From contig JAWQFM010000009.1 in NCBI GenBank assembly GCA_033442325.1, positions 1,405,672 to 1,469,671 of the forward strand: a DNA stretch of 64,000 bases, given 5' to 3'. The notes under the pieces are model-generated. The model was not told the origin of the DNA and searched no databases. It saw nothing but the letters and a program-made list of their open reading frames with translations. Of this stretch, positions 19,216-32,641 are shown piece after piece. Numbering within the stretch: position 1 is the first letter of the stretch; every line of letters starts with the position of its first letter. A program made the position numbers and the translations under genes. Source of the stretch: Salpingoeca rosetta (taxonomy: Eukaryota > Protista > Choanoflagellata).

Positions 19216-22200
19216 AGTGTGTGTGTGTGCGTGTGAAATACCTGCGTGCTTCTTTTCCTGATTTGGTCCAGTGCAGCCGAGGCGAATGTGCCAATTCCTG
19301 TCGGTGCCTTGAACTGCGCTGAACCCCACCACCATCTACTCTCCGACAACCCCTCCACCTCCTTCTTGCAGACGGTTCTGTGGGCAACATTGCTGTTGGA
19401 GACCTCGTGTCGTCCTTCAGCAAGCTCTCAGACGCACAAATCAACAGCCTCAAGTCCTCAAGCTCCGAATTTCGCGTGTGGAAATTCGAAACCGCCTGCA
19501 CGAACAACAACCTGTACATTGTGACCGGCACAAGCTACGATGACGCGCGCCTTGACCTCGGCCTCGCAAGGGATGGTGGTAAGCTGCTGTTCCTGCATAG
19601 CAGGCATGGCAGGCTTTGCAGCGCTGTGTATGTTGTAGGTGTGATGTGCATGAGTGTTGGTGGATGGTGGGTGTTGTGTTGTGTTGTCCCTGATAAACTG
19701 GATACATGCTGTTCAACTCTTTGCCACCCCTGATTGATCCGTGTGGACGCAACATGCACACTTTCAACCGCTACTTGTGACTGCTCCTGTGCGCTCGATG
19801 GCAGTGAATGTGTACTGTGTTGCTCGCACATTGGAGGAATGCGATGACAAGTGGAACAACGGGGAGCTGCGTCGTTACAACGGCAACGGCGACTTTTTCG
19901 CCTTTGACACCTACTACACCAACAACAACGACGAATCTTGCAACCGCTTCTTTATTGGCCACGTGGATCCTAGCAACCCATACACGTGCTACCCGAGTAC
20001 AACCAATGCTCGCTGCGTGAGCGCCGGTACGATGCTTGTTTGCTTGGTGTGCTGGTTCGGTGGTTGTTGGCGTGCTGGTTGTGTTTGCTCTTTTGGTTGC
20101 CGTGCTGGTTTTGCTTGCAGGCAGCCTGCTTTGCAACTCCTTGCCCCGCATGCCAATATTCACGTGCTGCATTGTTGTCTGTCACATCACCCAATCACAA
20201 CCCTGCAATCAGGTTCTTCGTGCCAGTGCGGTAGCGGATCGTCATACTCGCCACACAAAGGTACCCTGTGTCTAACCTGTTTGAATTATTTTTTTTGGCA
20301 TCTCGAGTGCTTTGAGCTGATCTGCCAACGAGAGTCCCCTGCCGTAGCACTGCTGGCTGCGCGCAACGGTGTGCCACCGTCACAGATCCATTCCCTGCAA
20401 TGTGATAACTGCTCATACATTTGTACGCATGGACATGCTGTTGTGTGAAATGCTGACTCAGCTTTCACACAACATACCCAACCACTTGCATGCATGCAAT
20501 CTTACATCAACCTGCACGCATGCAAGATGGCTGCCACGTGTACTTGTTGTTCACCTGTCTCACTTGTTGTTCACCTGTCTCACTTGTTGTTTGTTCACTT
20601 GATGTTTGTTTGATTCATTCACCTCTCGTCTTGTCTACTTTCACATTACACTACTTACACTACCGACATCTCGGTACAACACTTGGTAGCGATTTCGGTT
20701 TGGTGTTGCTGGGCTCTCCCACGCACCACAATCCGCCCCTCCGGGCATCGACCCTTCTTTTCTCCACACGCAAACACACACGGACGCACGTTCACATCGT
20801 CCACGAGCGTGCTCGTCATCACACGCGTGTCTGTGCTCTCGCTTTGTTCTTTGTTGAAAGCACGTATTTGGTGTCGCGTCACCCTGTATCTTCGCGCGCG
20901 TCGCCCCACATACACACTCGTGTTGATCGTATCTTCTTCTTACGCCGGCTGTGTTGTGCTGTTGTTGCCCGCGTTTACTTTTCCTCTTGCTCACTGTTCC
21001 TTTTGTGAGCCAACGCGTTGTCTCTCACGCCTGTGGTTTTGGTCGCCTTGTATCTGGTGGTTCGTAGGTTTCGTTTGCGGCCGTCTTCTGTTTTGGCGCC
21101 AAAACTTGCTTCGAGTCCCTCAAACTCTGCTTGCTTCATAACGCTGCACGCACCTTCGTGCATTGCCTTGTCCATACTCTGTACTCCATCATGGAGCCAA
21201 CGCCGCGTGTGCTACGCGACACTGCAGCACGGCAGGCACGACGAGCCGATGCCTCGCTGCGCGCCGAACAGGCGGCGCCTGACCGCACAGCGGACGTGTC
21301 CCGTGAACCAGTGGCTTCGCGCCGCTCTACGCTATCGCTTGACACACGCGCTCGTCCTAGCGACGCTGGCCCAATTCCCCTGCCAACGGACGAGCACGAT
21401 TCTGATGGCGCAGGCTTCGTCTCGTCTTCTGTGCTGCACCAATCAGTTGGTGGGCACGCTCGTCAGCTGGCCCTCAAGGCTATCACCTACGTTTCCGAAG
21501 ACACCGACGACCTCGCCGGTTGGCTGCGGCGCTTTCGCCGTGCAATGGGCATCGTTCGCGTGCCTGAAGAAGAGTGGGTTGACATGGCGTCCTTGTACAT
21601 GACGGGCGCCCTTGGCGAATGGACAGTGAGCCGTGCGTTCAAGTCCTTCGACGACTTCGAGTCGTCTGCAATCGCCGCATTCGGTGACCCCAGCCAACAG
21701 TGGCGTGCGCGCCTGCAGCTAGCGGGAATCCGTCAGACTGGCAACATTGTCGGTTACATCCGCGCGTTCCGCAAGCTTGTGGCGACGGCCAGCATGCGTG
21801 GCAACGATGACCTGCTAGTCGCACTCTTCGTCAACGGCATTCGCCTTCCGTCCACCCGCCGCGAGCTCACAATTCGGCAGCCCGTCCTCCTCGAGGACGC
21901 CATCTCCATTGCCCTCGACTTGGGCGCTTCTGAGCAGTATGACCAGCGTGGTGGAACACGCAACAACGGCTCAAGTGCCCGACGTGACAGTGGGCGTCCA
22001 GCCTGGCGCAGTGACCGCCGTGACCCGCGATATCAGCGTGACCGACGCCCTCGTCGGCAGGACCGCCACACTCCTTCAAGCATCAACGTCGTGGAGGACG
22101 TGCAAGGCCTCAGCATCTGCAGTGTGGGCGCCCCAACGCAGCGGGCCACGGTGCGCGCAGTCGTCACTGGAGAACTGGACGGCGAGCCTCGTCGCATGCT

Positions 22201-25200
22201 GCTCGACACCGGCGCTGATGTTTCTTTCGCCTCACCACATCTGCTGCGTGATGCTACATCAGCCCTGACCCCTGTGTCGCTGCGCTATCCAAACGGCACC
22301 ACCTTCGTGGCTCGTGACGCCGCTCATATGCCTGTCAAGGTCCCCGGCGTGCCTGCTGTTACAGCGACGCTGCTTGCTGCTCCATGCCCATCCGATGTCG
22401 ATGCTGTGCTTGGTACTGATGTGCTAGCCCAGAACGACTGGGTACTCTCCTTTGTTGACGACACGGTCCGTGTGAGTAAAACATCGCAGCTCTGTTCTTC
22501 CTCAGCCACAACCCCCACAGTCAGCGCGTCACCTTCGCACGCATGCGTACAATGCCGTCCCGAGCCGCAACCTGCTCCAACTTCTGCATCACGTACGCCC
22601 TCCACCGACATCTCGGTCAAATGCGTTTCTGCTACAACTGTGGCTGCCTATGTGCGTCGGGACGAAGTTGAGGACGTATTCGTCGCGCTTGTGTCGGCGC
22701 AGCGCAGTGACCCGACACCCGCACAGCCGGACCACGAGCTGGACACCTTGCTTCACGAGTATGCGGATGTGTTCTCCAACGACCTGCCTCGTTCACTGCC
22801 CCCACGCCGCCCAGAAGACCTCCGCATCCGCCTTCAACCAGGAGCCAAAACGCCCCCCTACGTCCGCTACAAGCTAAGTCCCCCAGAGCGGGACGAGCTT
22901 TCTCGCCAGCTGAAAGATCTGCTGCGAAAGGGCTTCATCAGGCCGTCATCCAGCCCATTTGCAGCCCCTGTGCTCCTGGTCCGCAAAAAAGATGGCAGCA
23001 TGCGGTTCTGCGTGGACTTCCGGCGCCTCAACCACATCAGCATCAAGGATCGTTATCCCTTACCAGATATGCTGTCTGTCTTGGCAAAATGCGCCGGCCA
23101 CCGCCTGTATACGACACTGGACCTCTGTTCAGGATACCACCAGCTCCGAGTACACCCGCAAGATGAGGACACGACTGCCTTCGTTTGCGATGACGGCCAA
23201 TTCGCCTGGCGAGTTATGCCATTTGGTATTGCTAACGGCCCACCTGTCTTCCAAAGGCTCATGGACCGTGTCACTGCCGACATCCCTGGAGTTCTTGTCT
23301 ACCTCGACGACATCGTGGTCTTCTCCAACACGAAGCATCAGCACCTGCGCACCCTTCGCCGGGTGTTCCAGCGTCTCCGCGACGAACGGCTGGCTCTGAA
23401 GCCCAAAAAATGTGAATTCCTCAAGCCATCCCTTCTGTTTCTGGGACATGTGCTCTCCTGCCATGGCATATCCGTCGACCCAGACAAGGTTGACGCCGTC
23501 ATGAAGCTCGCCAAGCCTTCATCCAAGACCGAACTGCTCAGCTTCCTTGGCACGGTGAACTACTACCGTCGCTTCCTACGCAACATGGAGGACATAGCAG
23601 CGCCCCTGCGGGAGCTTCAGGACCTCGCTGAATGGGGTGAGGCACACGAGCATGCTTTCAACGCTCTCAAGCAAGCCCTATGCAACGCGACGACACTTGC
23701 GCCTCCCGATCACAACGCCCCCTTTATCATCAGAGCAGACGCATCGGACAAGGGTATCGGCGCAGTTCTTGAGCAACACGGCCGTCCCGTCGAATTTATG
23801 TCCAAGAAGCTCACATCTGCTGAGGCTAACTACCCCATTCGCCAGCGTGAGCTACTGGCCATTGTGGTGGCCCTTCAGAAGTGGCGCCATTACTTCGGCT
23901 TCTCCACGGTTGAAGTCATCACCGATCACAAGTCTCTGTTGGACCTGCAAACACAGAGCAAGATTTCCGAGCGACGCATCCTCCGCTGGATGGAGACCCT
24001 CGCAGAGTTTTCCATCAAATGGACCTACACGCCCGGCGTTGACAATCATGTACCTGATACACTCAGCCGCCTCGTCGGATCTACCACCACTGCACTCGTG
24101 CCAACACAGCTTGGAACGAACTATGAGGCCGATTCAGCGTACAAGAAGCTTCTCGCGCGCCTGTCACCGCCTTTTCGGTTCGACGGCGACGTTCTTCTCT
24201 TCCACGACCGGCGATGTGTGGTGAAGAGCGATATCAAGGCAGTTCTACGCCACGCTCATGATGCCCACGGACACCCTGGCCTATTCAAGACGCTCGGGCA
24301 CCTGTCCCGTCGTTTCTTCTGGCCAAGAATGTACTCTGATGCGGCGGAGTATATTCAGGGATGCCACACCTGCCTCATGTCCAAACCCGCCGTGCGGCCA
24401 ACTGCGCCTCTGCAGCCACTCGACGTTCCACCGTACCCCTGGCACACGGTTACTTGCGACTTTGTGTCAGGCTTCCCCACCGTACGTGGCTTCGACACAA
24501 TTGCGGTGTACGTCGACAAGCTTAGCAAGACTGTCCACCTCGCGCCCTGTTCGAAGACGCTCGATGCTGCTGGGGCGGCACGGCTGCTTGTTGACACTGT
24601 GGTGCGTCACCACGGAACACCATGCAGAATGATCTCGGACAGAGACCCACGCTTTGTCAGCAAGGTCTACAAGGAGGTCGCCAAAGCTCTCGGCATCAAA
24701 CTCTCCTTCTCCACAGCCTCACATCCGCAAACGGACGGCCAGTCGGAAAGGAGTGTTCAGTCCGTTACCACACTACTTCGTTGCCTTGTGGCTGACAACC
24801 TGCGTCCATGGCCAGACCTACTCCCACTGGTTGAATTCTGCATCAATAGCAGTCCACACGCCGTGACAAAGGTGCCGCCCTTTCAGGCCACACAAGGATT
24901 CACGCCGTCGCTGTTTCCAGTTGACGTCGACTTCTTGTCTCCTGTAGCGGAGGATCTCATCGACAGCATCAACGCGACGGTGCAGAGATGCCGTGACATG
25001 CTCCAGTACCAGAATGCAGTGACGACGTCATCCCAGACAGCAACAGCTACGCCTTTTGCTGAAGGGGAAGACGTGTATGTCTCATCTGAGCTCCTCCTCG
25101 ACGACCAGCACCGAAACAAAAAGCGGAAGCTTCGTCCGCGTTTCCTGGGTCCTGTGAAGATCAAGCGTGTGCTGGGTCCGGCACACGTTACTCTGCAACT

Positions 25201-26209
25201 ACCGCCTGGCGTCCACATCCACCCGACCGTCAACATCAAACACCTGAAGAAACCCACACGCCTGCCACGCGATGTGTCTCGTCCACCGCCTTTGCATGGC
25301 AGTGACGTCTACGAGCTCGAGAGCATTCAGGGGCATCGAACTACACGGCGCGGCACTCAATACCTTTGCAAATGGAAGGGGTACCCCAGCACCGAGAATA
25401 CGTACGAGCATCCAGACAACCTCCTGGGCAAGGATGCACGACTGCTGCTTGCGAACTACAAGCAGCAATTTACGCAGGGGGAGAGTGTTGTGTGAAATGC
25501 TGACTCAGCTTTCACACAACATACCCAACCACTTGCATGCATGCAATCTTACATCAACCTGCACGCATGCAAGATGGCTGCCACGTGTACTTGTTGTTCA
25601 CCTGTCTCACTTGTTGTTCACCTGTCTCACTTGTTGTTTGTTCACTTGATGTTTGTTTGATTCATTCACCTCTCGTCTTGTCTACTTTCACATTACACTA
25701 CTTACACTACCGACATCTCGGTACAACACATGCACACCCCATACAAACACTGTTTCACGCACCCAACATTCATGATACTGCCTTGTTCGCTCAGATCTGA
25801 CCATCTGGACCAAACCGCTCTCCGAGGCGGGGATCACGCTCCCTGCCGGTCTGCTGCCCACAAACCCTGCTACATCGTGCAGTGCTGCCCTCGCTGCTGG
25901 CCTCACACGCAGCGACGCATACTTTCTTCGTGCCGGCGATGACGTGTTCCGTGGCTACTGCGACCAGACAACAGCTGGCGGCGGCTGGCTCAAGATCTTG
26001 CACGGTGCCGGTGCGGGATATGGCAGGTTGGTGCGCTGGGCTGGGATGGTCGTGTGTACTTGTCGTAGGCACCACGCTATTGCTAGCTTGCTTAATGGGC
26101 AGAACACTTGCATGCCCATGCCGTCATGCGAGGTGTCGTCACAAATCTCGAGGCTTCCCATAGCGGCAGTGCTGTAATGACTTTTACCACAGCTAGCGCC
26201 GCCGCCACC

Positions 26210-26268
<59 letters not shown>

Positions 26269-27542
26269 CGACAGCAGCAGCAGCACATCACAGACAGCCA
26301 AATCGCCAGCCAGCACACCCCTCACGCTTTTCTTGTCACTGGTGGCTTTGGTTGTGGGTTGTAGTGCTTGGACGTCTGCCAATGCAGGCAGGGCCCTTGG
26401 CGATGTGAGTCAGGAGAGTGTGAGTGGCCTTGCTCGCCTCTCTGATAACACCATCAACGCCTATCTTGCAGCGCAAGCGCCGTATGTGTACCGGTGAGTC
26501 TGGTTCCGCAGTGCAAACATAACACAGTGACCTTGACGTATTGTCTGTCTGTGGCAAGATGGCATCCAGCCGCCATGTCAGAATGCTTTTCTGCTTTTGC
26601 TCACTTGGTGAAACGCAACTTGTTTTCAACCATGGTACTTGGCACGCCGCTGTTGTATTGTTTGCCTTTGCACTCGCCTCACCCTTGTGTCTCATGCCAC
26701 TATCCTGTCAACATGTTGTGTGGTTTTATTGTTGTATCTTCTCTTCGTGCATTCGTGCATTCGTGCCCAGCTTCAAGTCTGACTGCGTTAGTCAGCAATT
26801 CTACTTGAAGACGGGCCAGACCTACAACGACGCCCAGTTTGGCATGAACCTCTTTGGGGGAGGTGTGTCAACACCGCAAATTGCGCGTGCGTGCCATCTG
26901 ACTTGAAGGAGAGGTAGAGAGGTGGAGATGGCAGTGGGATAGGAGAGTTGACTTGCTGCATCACGTCTCCATGTGACGCTCACTCACTGCGAGCTCGTTT
27001 GTCTTCTGCCCTCGTCCTGCTGTGTGTGTATGTGTGTGTGTGTGTGTTGCAGGTGCTGTCGGATGCATGAGCACGAACAAATGCAACCCAAGTGATTCAC
27101 GCGTGATCAGCGGCTACGTGCCAGACAACATTGGCTTTGTAGGCGATGGCTGCCTCAGGTATGTGCACTCATTCTGCGCGCGTGTGTGTTTGAATCTATG
27201 CTGCGTGCAACCACCTGCTGCTGTCTGTCTGCTGTGGTGTTCGTCGTGGCACCAGGCGTTTCTTCATATTAGACGTCACTGCCCTACTGCTACCCTTGCC
27301 AACGCGATCCATCTCACCCATGATGCTTCCCCCTCCCCTACATTATGGCCACGTGCCACAGGTTCTTCCAAGGCCACGTCTACGGCCAGGATTACCCATT
27401 CCAGTGCTATTCCCCGAACAAGCGCTCGACAAACGCGCGGTGCTTTTCCTCTGGCGCATCATGCACGTGCAACCAGCCCACTTCCTCCTACGCCGTCCAC
27501 TCCAACTTCAGGATCTTCGTCAAGAGCTTTGCCGACTTTTGA
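17663..27542 (+). CDS. Secreted protein: signal peptide, Cys-rich segment, cubilin-like beta segment, coiled coil and two tandem fibrinogen-like (xCDxxxxGGxW) domains; interrupted by an intronic LTR element
   Basis: Exon 1 17663-18514 has hydrophobic leader CILLVLVAVSSA and heptad region. Domain 1 GLSADAPATTCQ...DGVFYF...AFCDLTRDGGNW; domain 2 (from about 25796) GLLPTNPATSC...DAYFL...GYCDQTTAGGGW. Stop TGA at 27540-27542. Splicing 20260 to 25796 gives in-frame HK-D-LTIWTK. Confidence 0.8.
20439..20681 (+). repeat. 5' LTR
   Basis: TGTTGTG...TACAACA; identical by eye to the 3' LTR; contains a tandem 20-mer cttgttgttcacctgtctca. Confidence 0.97.
21191..25495 (+). CDS. Gag-Pol polyprotein (Gag, protease, RT, RNase H, integrase, chromodomain) in one frame
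   Basis: Protease LLDTGADVSF; RT MPFG and YLDD; RNase H ADASDKGIGAVL; integrase H-H-C-C, CDF, ISDRD and ERS; GPVKIK (GPY/F-like); chromodomain YELESIQGHR...YLCKWKGYPSTENTYE. Confidence 0.96.
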   Translation: MEPTPRVLRDTAARQARRADASLRAEQAAPDRTADVSREPVASRRSTLSLDTRARPSDAGPIPLPTDEHDSDGAGFVSSSVLHQSVGGHARQLALKAITYVSEDTDDLAGWLRRFRRAMGIVRVPEEEWVDMASLYMTGALGEWTVSRAFKSFDDFESSAIAAFGDPSQQWRARLQLAGIRQTGNIVGYIRAFRKLVATASMRGNDDLLVALFVNGIRLPSTRRELTIRQPVLLEDAISIALDLGASEQYDQRGGTRNNGSSARRDSGRPAWRSDRRDPRYQRDRRPRRQDRHTPSSINVVEDVQGLSICSVGAPTQRATVRAVVTGELDGEPRRMLLDTGADVSFASPHLLRDATSALTPVSLRYPNGTTFVARDAAHMPVKVPGVPAVTATLLAAPCPSDVDAVLGTDVLAQNDWVLSFVDDTVRVSKTSQLCSSSATTPTVSASPSHACVQCRPEPQPAPTSASRTPSTDISVKCVSATTVAAYVRRDEVEDVFVALVSAQRSDPTPAQPDHELDTLLHEYADVFSNDLPRSLPPRRPEDLRIRLQPGAKTPPYVRYKLSPPERDELSRQLKDLLRKGFIRPSSSPFAAPVLLVRKKDGSMRFCVDFRRLNHISIKDRYPLPDMLSVLAKCAGHRLYTTLDLCSGYHQLRVHPQDEDTTAFVCDDGQFAWRVMPFGIANGPPVFQRLMDRVTADIPGVLVYLDDIVVFSNTKHQHLRTLRRVFQRLRDERLALKPKKCEFLKPSLLFLGHVLSCHGISVDPDKVDAVMKLAKPSSKTELLSFLGTVNYYRRFLRNMEDIAAPLRELQDLAEWGEAHEHAFNALKQALCNATTLAPPDHNAPFIIRADASDKGIGAVLEQHGRPVEFMSKKLTSAEANYPIRQRELLAIVVALQKWRHYFGFSTVEVITDHKSLLDLQTQSKISERRILRWMETLAEFSIKWTYTPGVDNHVPDTLSRLVGSTTTALVPTQLGTNYEADSAYKKLLARLSPPFRFDGDVLLFHDRRCVVKSDIKAVLRHAHDAHGHPGLFKTLGHLSRRFFWPRMYSDAAEYIQGCHTCLMSKPAVRPTAPLQPLDVPPYPWHTVTCDFVSGFPTVRGFDTIAVYVDKLSKTVHLAPCSKTLDAAGAARLLVDTVVRHHGTPCRMISDRDPRFVSKVYKEVAKALGIKLSFSTASHPQTDGQSERSVQSVTTLLRCLVADNLRPWPDLLPLVEFCINSSPHAVTKVPPFQATQGFTPSLFPVDVDFLSPVAEDLIDSINATVQRCRDMLQYQNAVTTSSQTATATPFAEGEDVYVSSELLLDDQHRNKKRKLRPRFLGPVKIKRVLGPAHVTLQLPPGVHIHPTVNIKHLKKPTRLPRDVSRPPPLHGSDVYELESIQGHRTTRRGTQYLCKWKGYPSTENTYEHPDNLLGKDARLLLANYKQQFTQGESVV
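25486..25728 (+). repeat. 3' LTR
   Basis: Follows the PPT and is followed by the TSD CATGC. Confidence 0.97.
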
Positions 27543-28074
27543 TGATGAATGCGGACCTCAATGCAGCAATGCTGTCATGTGCACGAGCGTGTGCTTGTTT
27601 TGTTGGCGCTTAATTTGTGTGTTGGTACCGCTGCATGGCTGCCAGATCAAGCAGACGACCTGACCATGTACGCGCGCTGGTGGTTGCCGGGTTGCCCACA
27701 CCTTTTTCACTTCCAGGTTTTTTTTTTGTTTGGTTTTTCGTTACACTTGGGCCTGCCTGCACTGTTTCGTGTCACAGCCCTCCTAATCGGCCTCCGTGGT
27801 TGCTTTCTTTCCGTTATTCTGGGCACTCGCCGCTGCTGTGCTTTTACTTGTGTGCACTGTGGGATTGGTTTTGTTTACGTGTTGACAATGAGCAAAAAAA
27901 AAAAAAATGAGCAAATCATCAAGCACGCAAGCAGGTGCACGTGTCACCGAACCGGTGGCAGGCATGAGGAAGGAAGGAAACAGAGTGGTGCGTATCGCAC
28001 GCAGCAATAAGGACAAGAAGAGAAGGAAGGTGCTGTGACACGCTGTACCTCGCTCGCACATGTAACAGAACAAG

Positions 28075-28128
<54 letters not shown>

Positions 28129-28167
28129 GCATGGCAAAGACAGGCCGTTCATCCATCCATTGGATGC

Positions 28168-30469
<2,302 letters not shown>

Positions 30470-30677
30470 CTTTGTGCTTTGCTGTTTGTGCTGTGTGTGC
30501 TGTGGAGGCTTGTCAGCCGGTCTTGCTTGACTGGGAGTGCGGTGTGTGTTTGTTTGTGTCGTGTGGGCAGGAGGAGGACGAGAAATGGTGTGGTTGGTGG
30601 CGCTGCTTCGGCAATTTGGGGAGGTGGATACGTTGAAAGCGCACTACGACAAGCCAAAGTGTGTGCGAATCGTGTAC

Positions 30678-31543
30678 TCAGACCAAGTGATGACTCATCA
30701 ATGGCAACGATGCAGCAGGAGCAGCAGGAGCAGCAGTTGTGGCAGTTGTGGCAGTTGTGGTGGTGCGAACACGCAAACTGGGAGAGTGTGCGCGGCTCGC
30801 ACCCAGCCAGGAAAGTAGTGCTGCCTGCAGCACAAGAATGAACAGATACATCGAATACGATACGTTTAGAGTCCAAGAACCAGAGGAAGAAAGGGAGGAG
30901 GTAGAGGTAGAGGAGGAAGAAGAAGAGGAAGACAAAGAGGTGGCTGAGCCGGGACTGCCAAGCCACAGGCCGCGGCGGTATGCGTCACGGATGTGGTGGG
31001 AAAAGACTGCCGAGAAAGGCAGCCAAAGGAATAAGATTGGCGACGGCTGCCAGGCGCGAGGGGTGCCATGCACACGCATTCGGTGCCACCACCATCGCCA
31101 CGCGCTCGCCAGCACGTAGACCCCAGCGATGATACACAGGCTGAACGTGGTCGAGTGCAGAGGCGGCCTCCTCGACAGGGACACGGCATCCTAAAACGCA
31201 GCAACACAACCAACTCCAATGAGACTGCATATGTGTGTGTGTGTGCGCGCGCGCGCGCGTGCGTGTGTGTGTGTGTGCTGTGCTGTGCAAACAGGCTTCA
31301 ACACAACTGCACGTAACGGAACACAAGCCACAAACCTTGAGGTGGACGGAGCTTGCTTGGACAAAGTGGTCCAAATCAAGGAGAGAAGCAATCGCAGCGC
31401 TGCCTACTGCCTCCAGGTGGTATCTCAGCCGCCCCCGATCCGGCAGAGTCAGCTGCCACAAGCAAAAGGCCACGGAAGCATGCGTCACATTGTCCAGCAG
31501 CGCATACAACCACCTGCAGTGTTTTGTGCACGTGTGTGTGTGT

Positions 31544-31583
<40 letters not shown>

Positions 31584-31687
31584 GAGCACGCTAGGCTTTC
31601 ACCAACAATCTCAGAAACACACAGACACAGACACACAGGCACAGACACAGACACAGACACAGACACAGACACAGACACACACACACA

Positions 31688-31720
<33 letters not shown>

Positions 31721-31890
31721 GTATACAAACACACACACACACACAAATATACAAACACACACACACACCTTGGGGCGGAGGCAAAGGGTCTGGTCTCGAT
31801 GACATGGTCGATGGGCGGCAACACCAACAACCCCACACCACACACCACAACAAGCGCATTCGTCTGCTGCCTTGTCAGCAGCAGCACCAT
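30678..31890 (-). CDS. TMEM267: Transmembrane protein 267 (C5orf28) homologue, 3 exons
   Basis: DNVTHA, ASLLDLDHFVQASS, LSRRPPLHSTT and SHHIRDAYRRGLW match TMEM267 motifs (DNAVHG, DVDHF, RRPFLH, SHHIRDGIRHGLW). Confidence 0.88.
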
Positions 31891-32139
31891 GTCGTGCGGT
31901 GCAGAAAATCACCGAAAATCTTTAGCCCATATTCCACGCCACCAACCAACACGCAGCGCCGAAGCTTGCAGGCAAACAAACAACGCAAAACAAAACAACG
32001 CAAACACCACCTCCTGATCTGCCTGTGCCATCCACGCGATTGTCGCTCGTGTCAAAGAAGAGAAGAGAAGAAGAGGCAAGAACAAGAGAGAAGGCGAAGG
32101 AGAAGAAAGGAAGCACACCCCTACGCCCACAATACCACG

Positions 32140-32610
32140 ATGGCGTGCAAGCACTGGCTCGACTATTTTCTCGTTGTCGTGTCTGCGTTTTCCTTGGTGA
32201 GTTGTGTCTCAAGCATGTTGTGCTTGTGATGTTTGCTTGGTGTTTGTGTTCTTGCTGGTGTGTCATGCTTGGCATCGTCCATGCCGCACTCTTCACGCAC
32301 CAACAGACCGAAACAAGCCAACTGACGAACTGACGTACTCACTCACACTGTTTCCTCTGATTGTTGTGCTACTCTTCATTTCGCCAGGCGGCCTGGGCGA
32401 CGTTTGTGATTGGCTTTGGGTTGGAGAAAGATAACCCGGACCACCTGAGCGACCTCGGATGGGATTCATCTACGCAACACACCCTCTGGTGAGTGAGTGA
32501 GTGTGTGTGTGTGTGTGTATGTGAGTGAGTGAGTGAGTGAGTGGGTGAGTAGGTGAGTGAGAGTGTGTGAGTGAGTGAGTAGGTGAGTGAGTGAGTGAGT
32601 GAGTGTGAAG

Positions 32611-32641
<31 letters not shown>

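Larger units (their letters stand above)
20439..25728 (+). mobile_element. Full-length Ty3/gypsy chromovirus LTR retrotransposon
   Basis: LTRs 20439-20681 and 25486-25728 (TG...CA, 243 bp each); 5-bp TSD CATGC at 20434-20438 and 25729-25733; PBS TGGTAGCG at 20684; polypurine tract AGGGGGAGAG at 25476-25485; intact polyprotein. Confidence 0.98.

Noticed and set aside
20682-20700. Tf1-like self-priming site
   Set aside because: No extended complement of the PBS found in the LTR beyond a short U5 match; TGGTAGC fits tRNA priming better.
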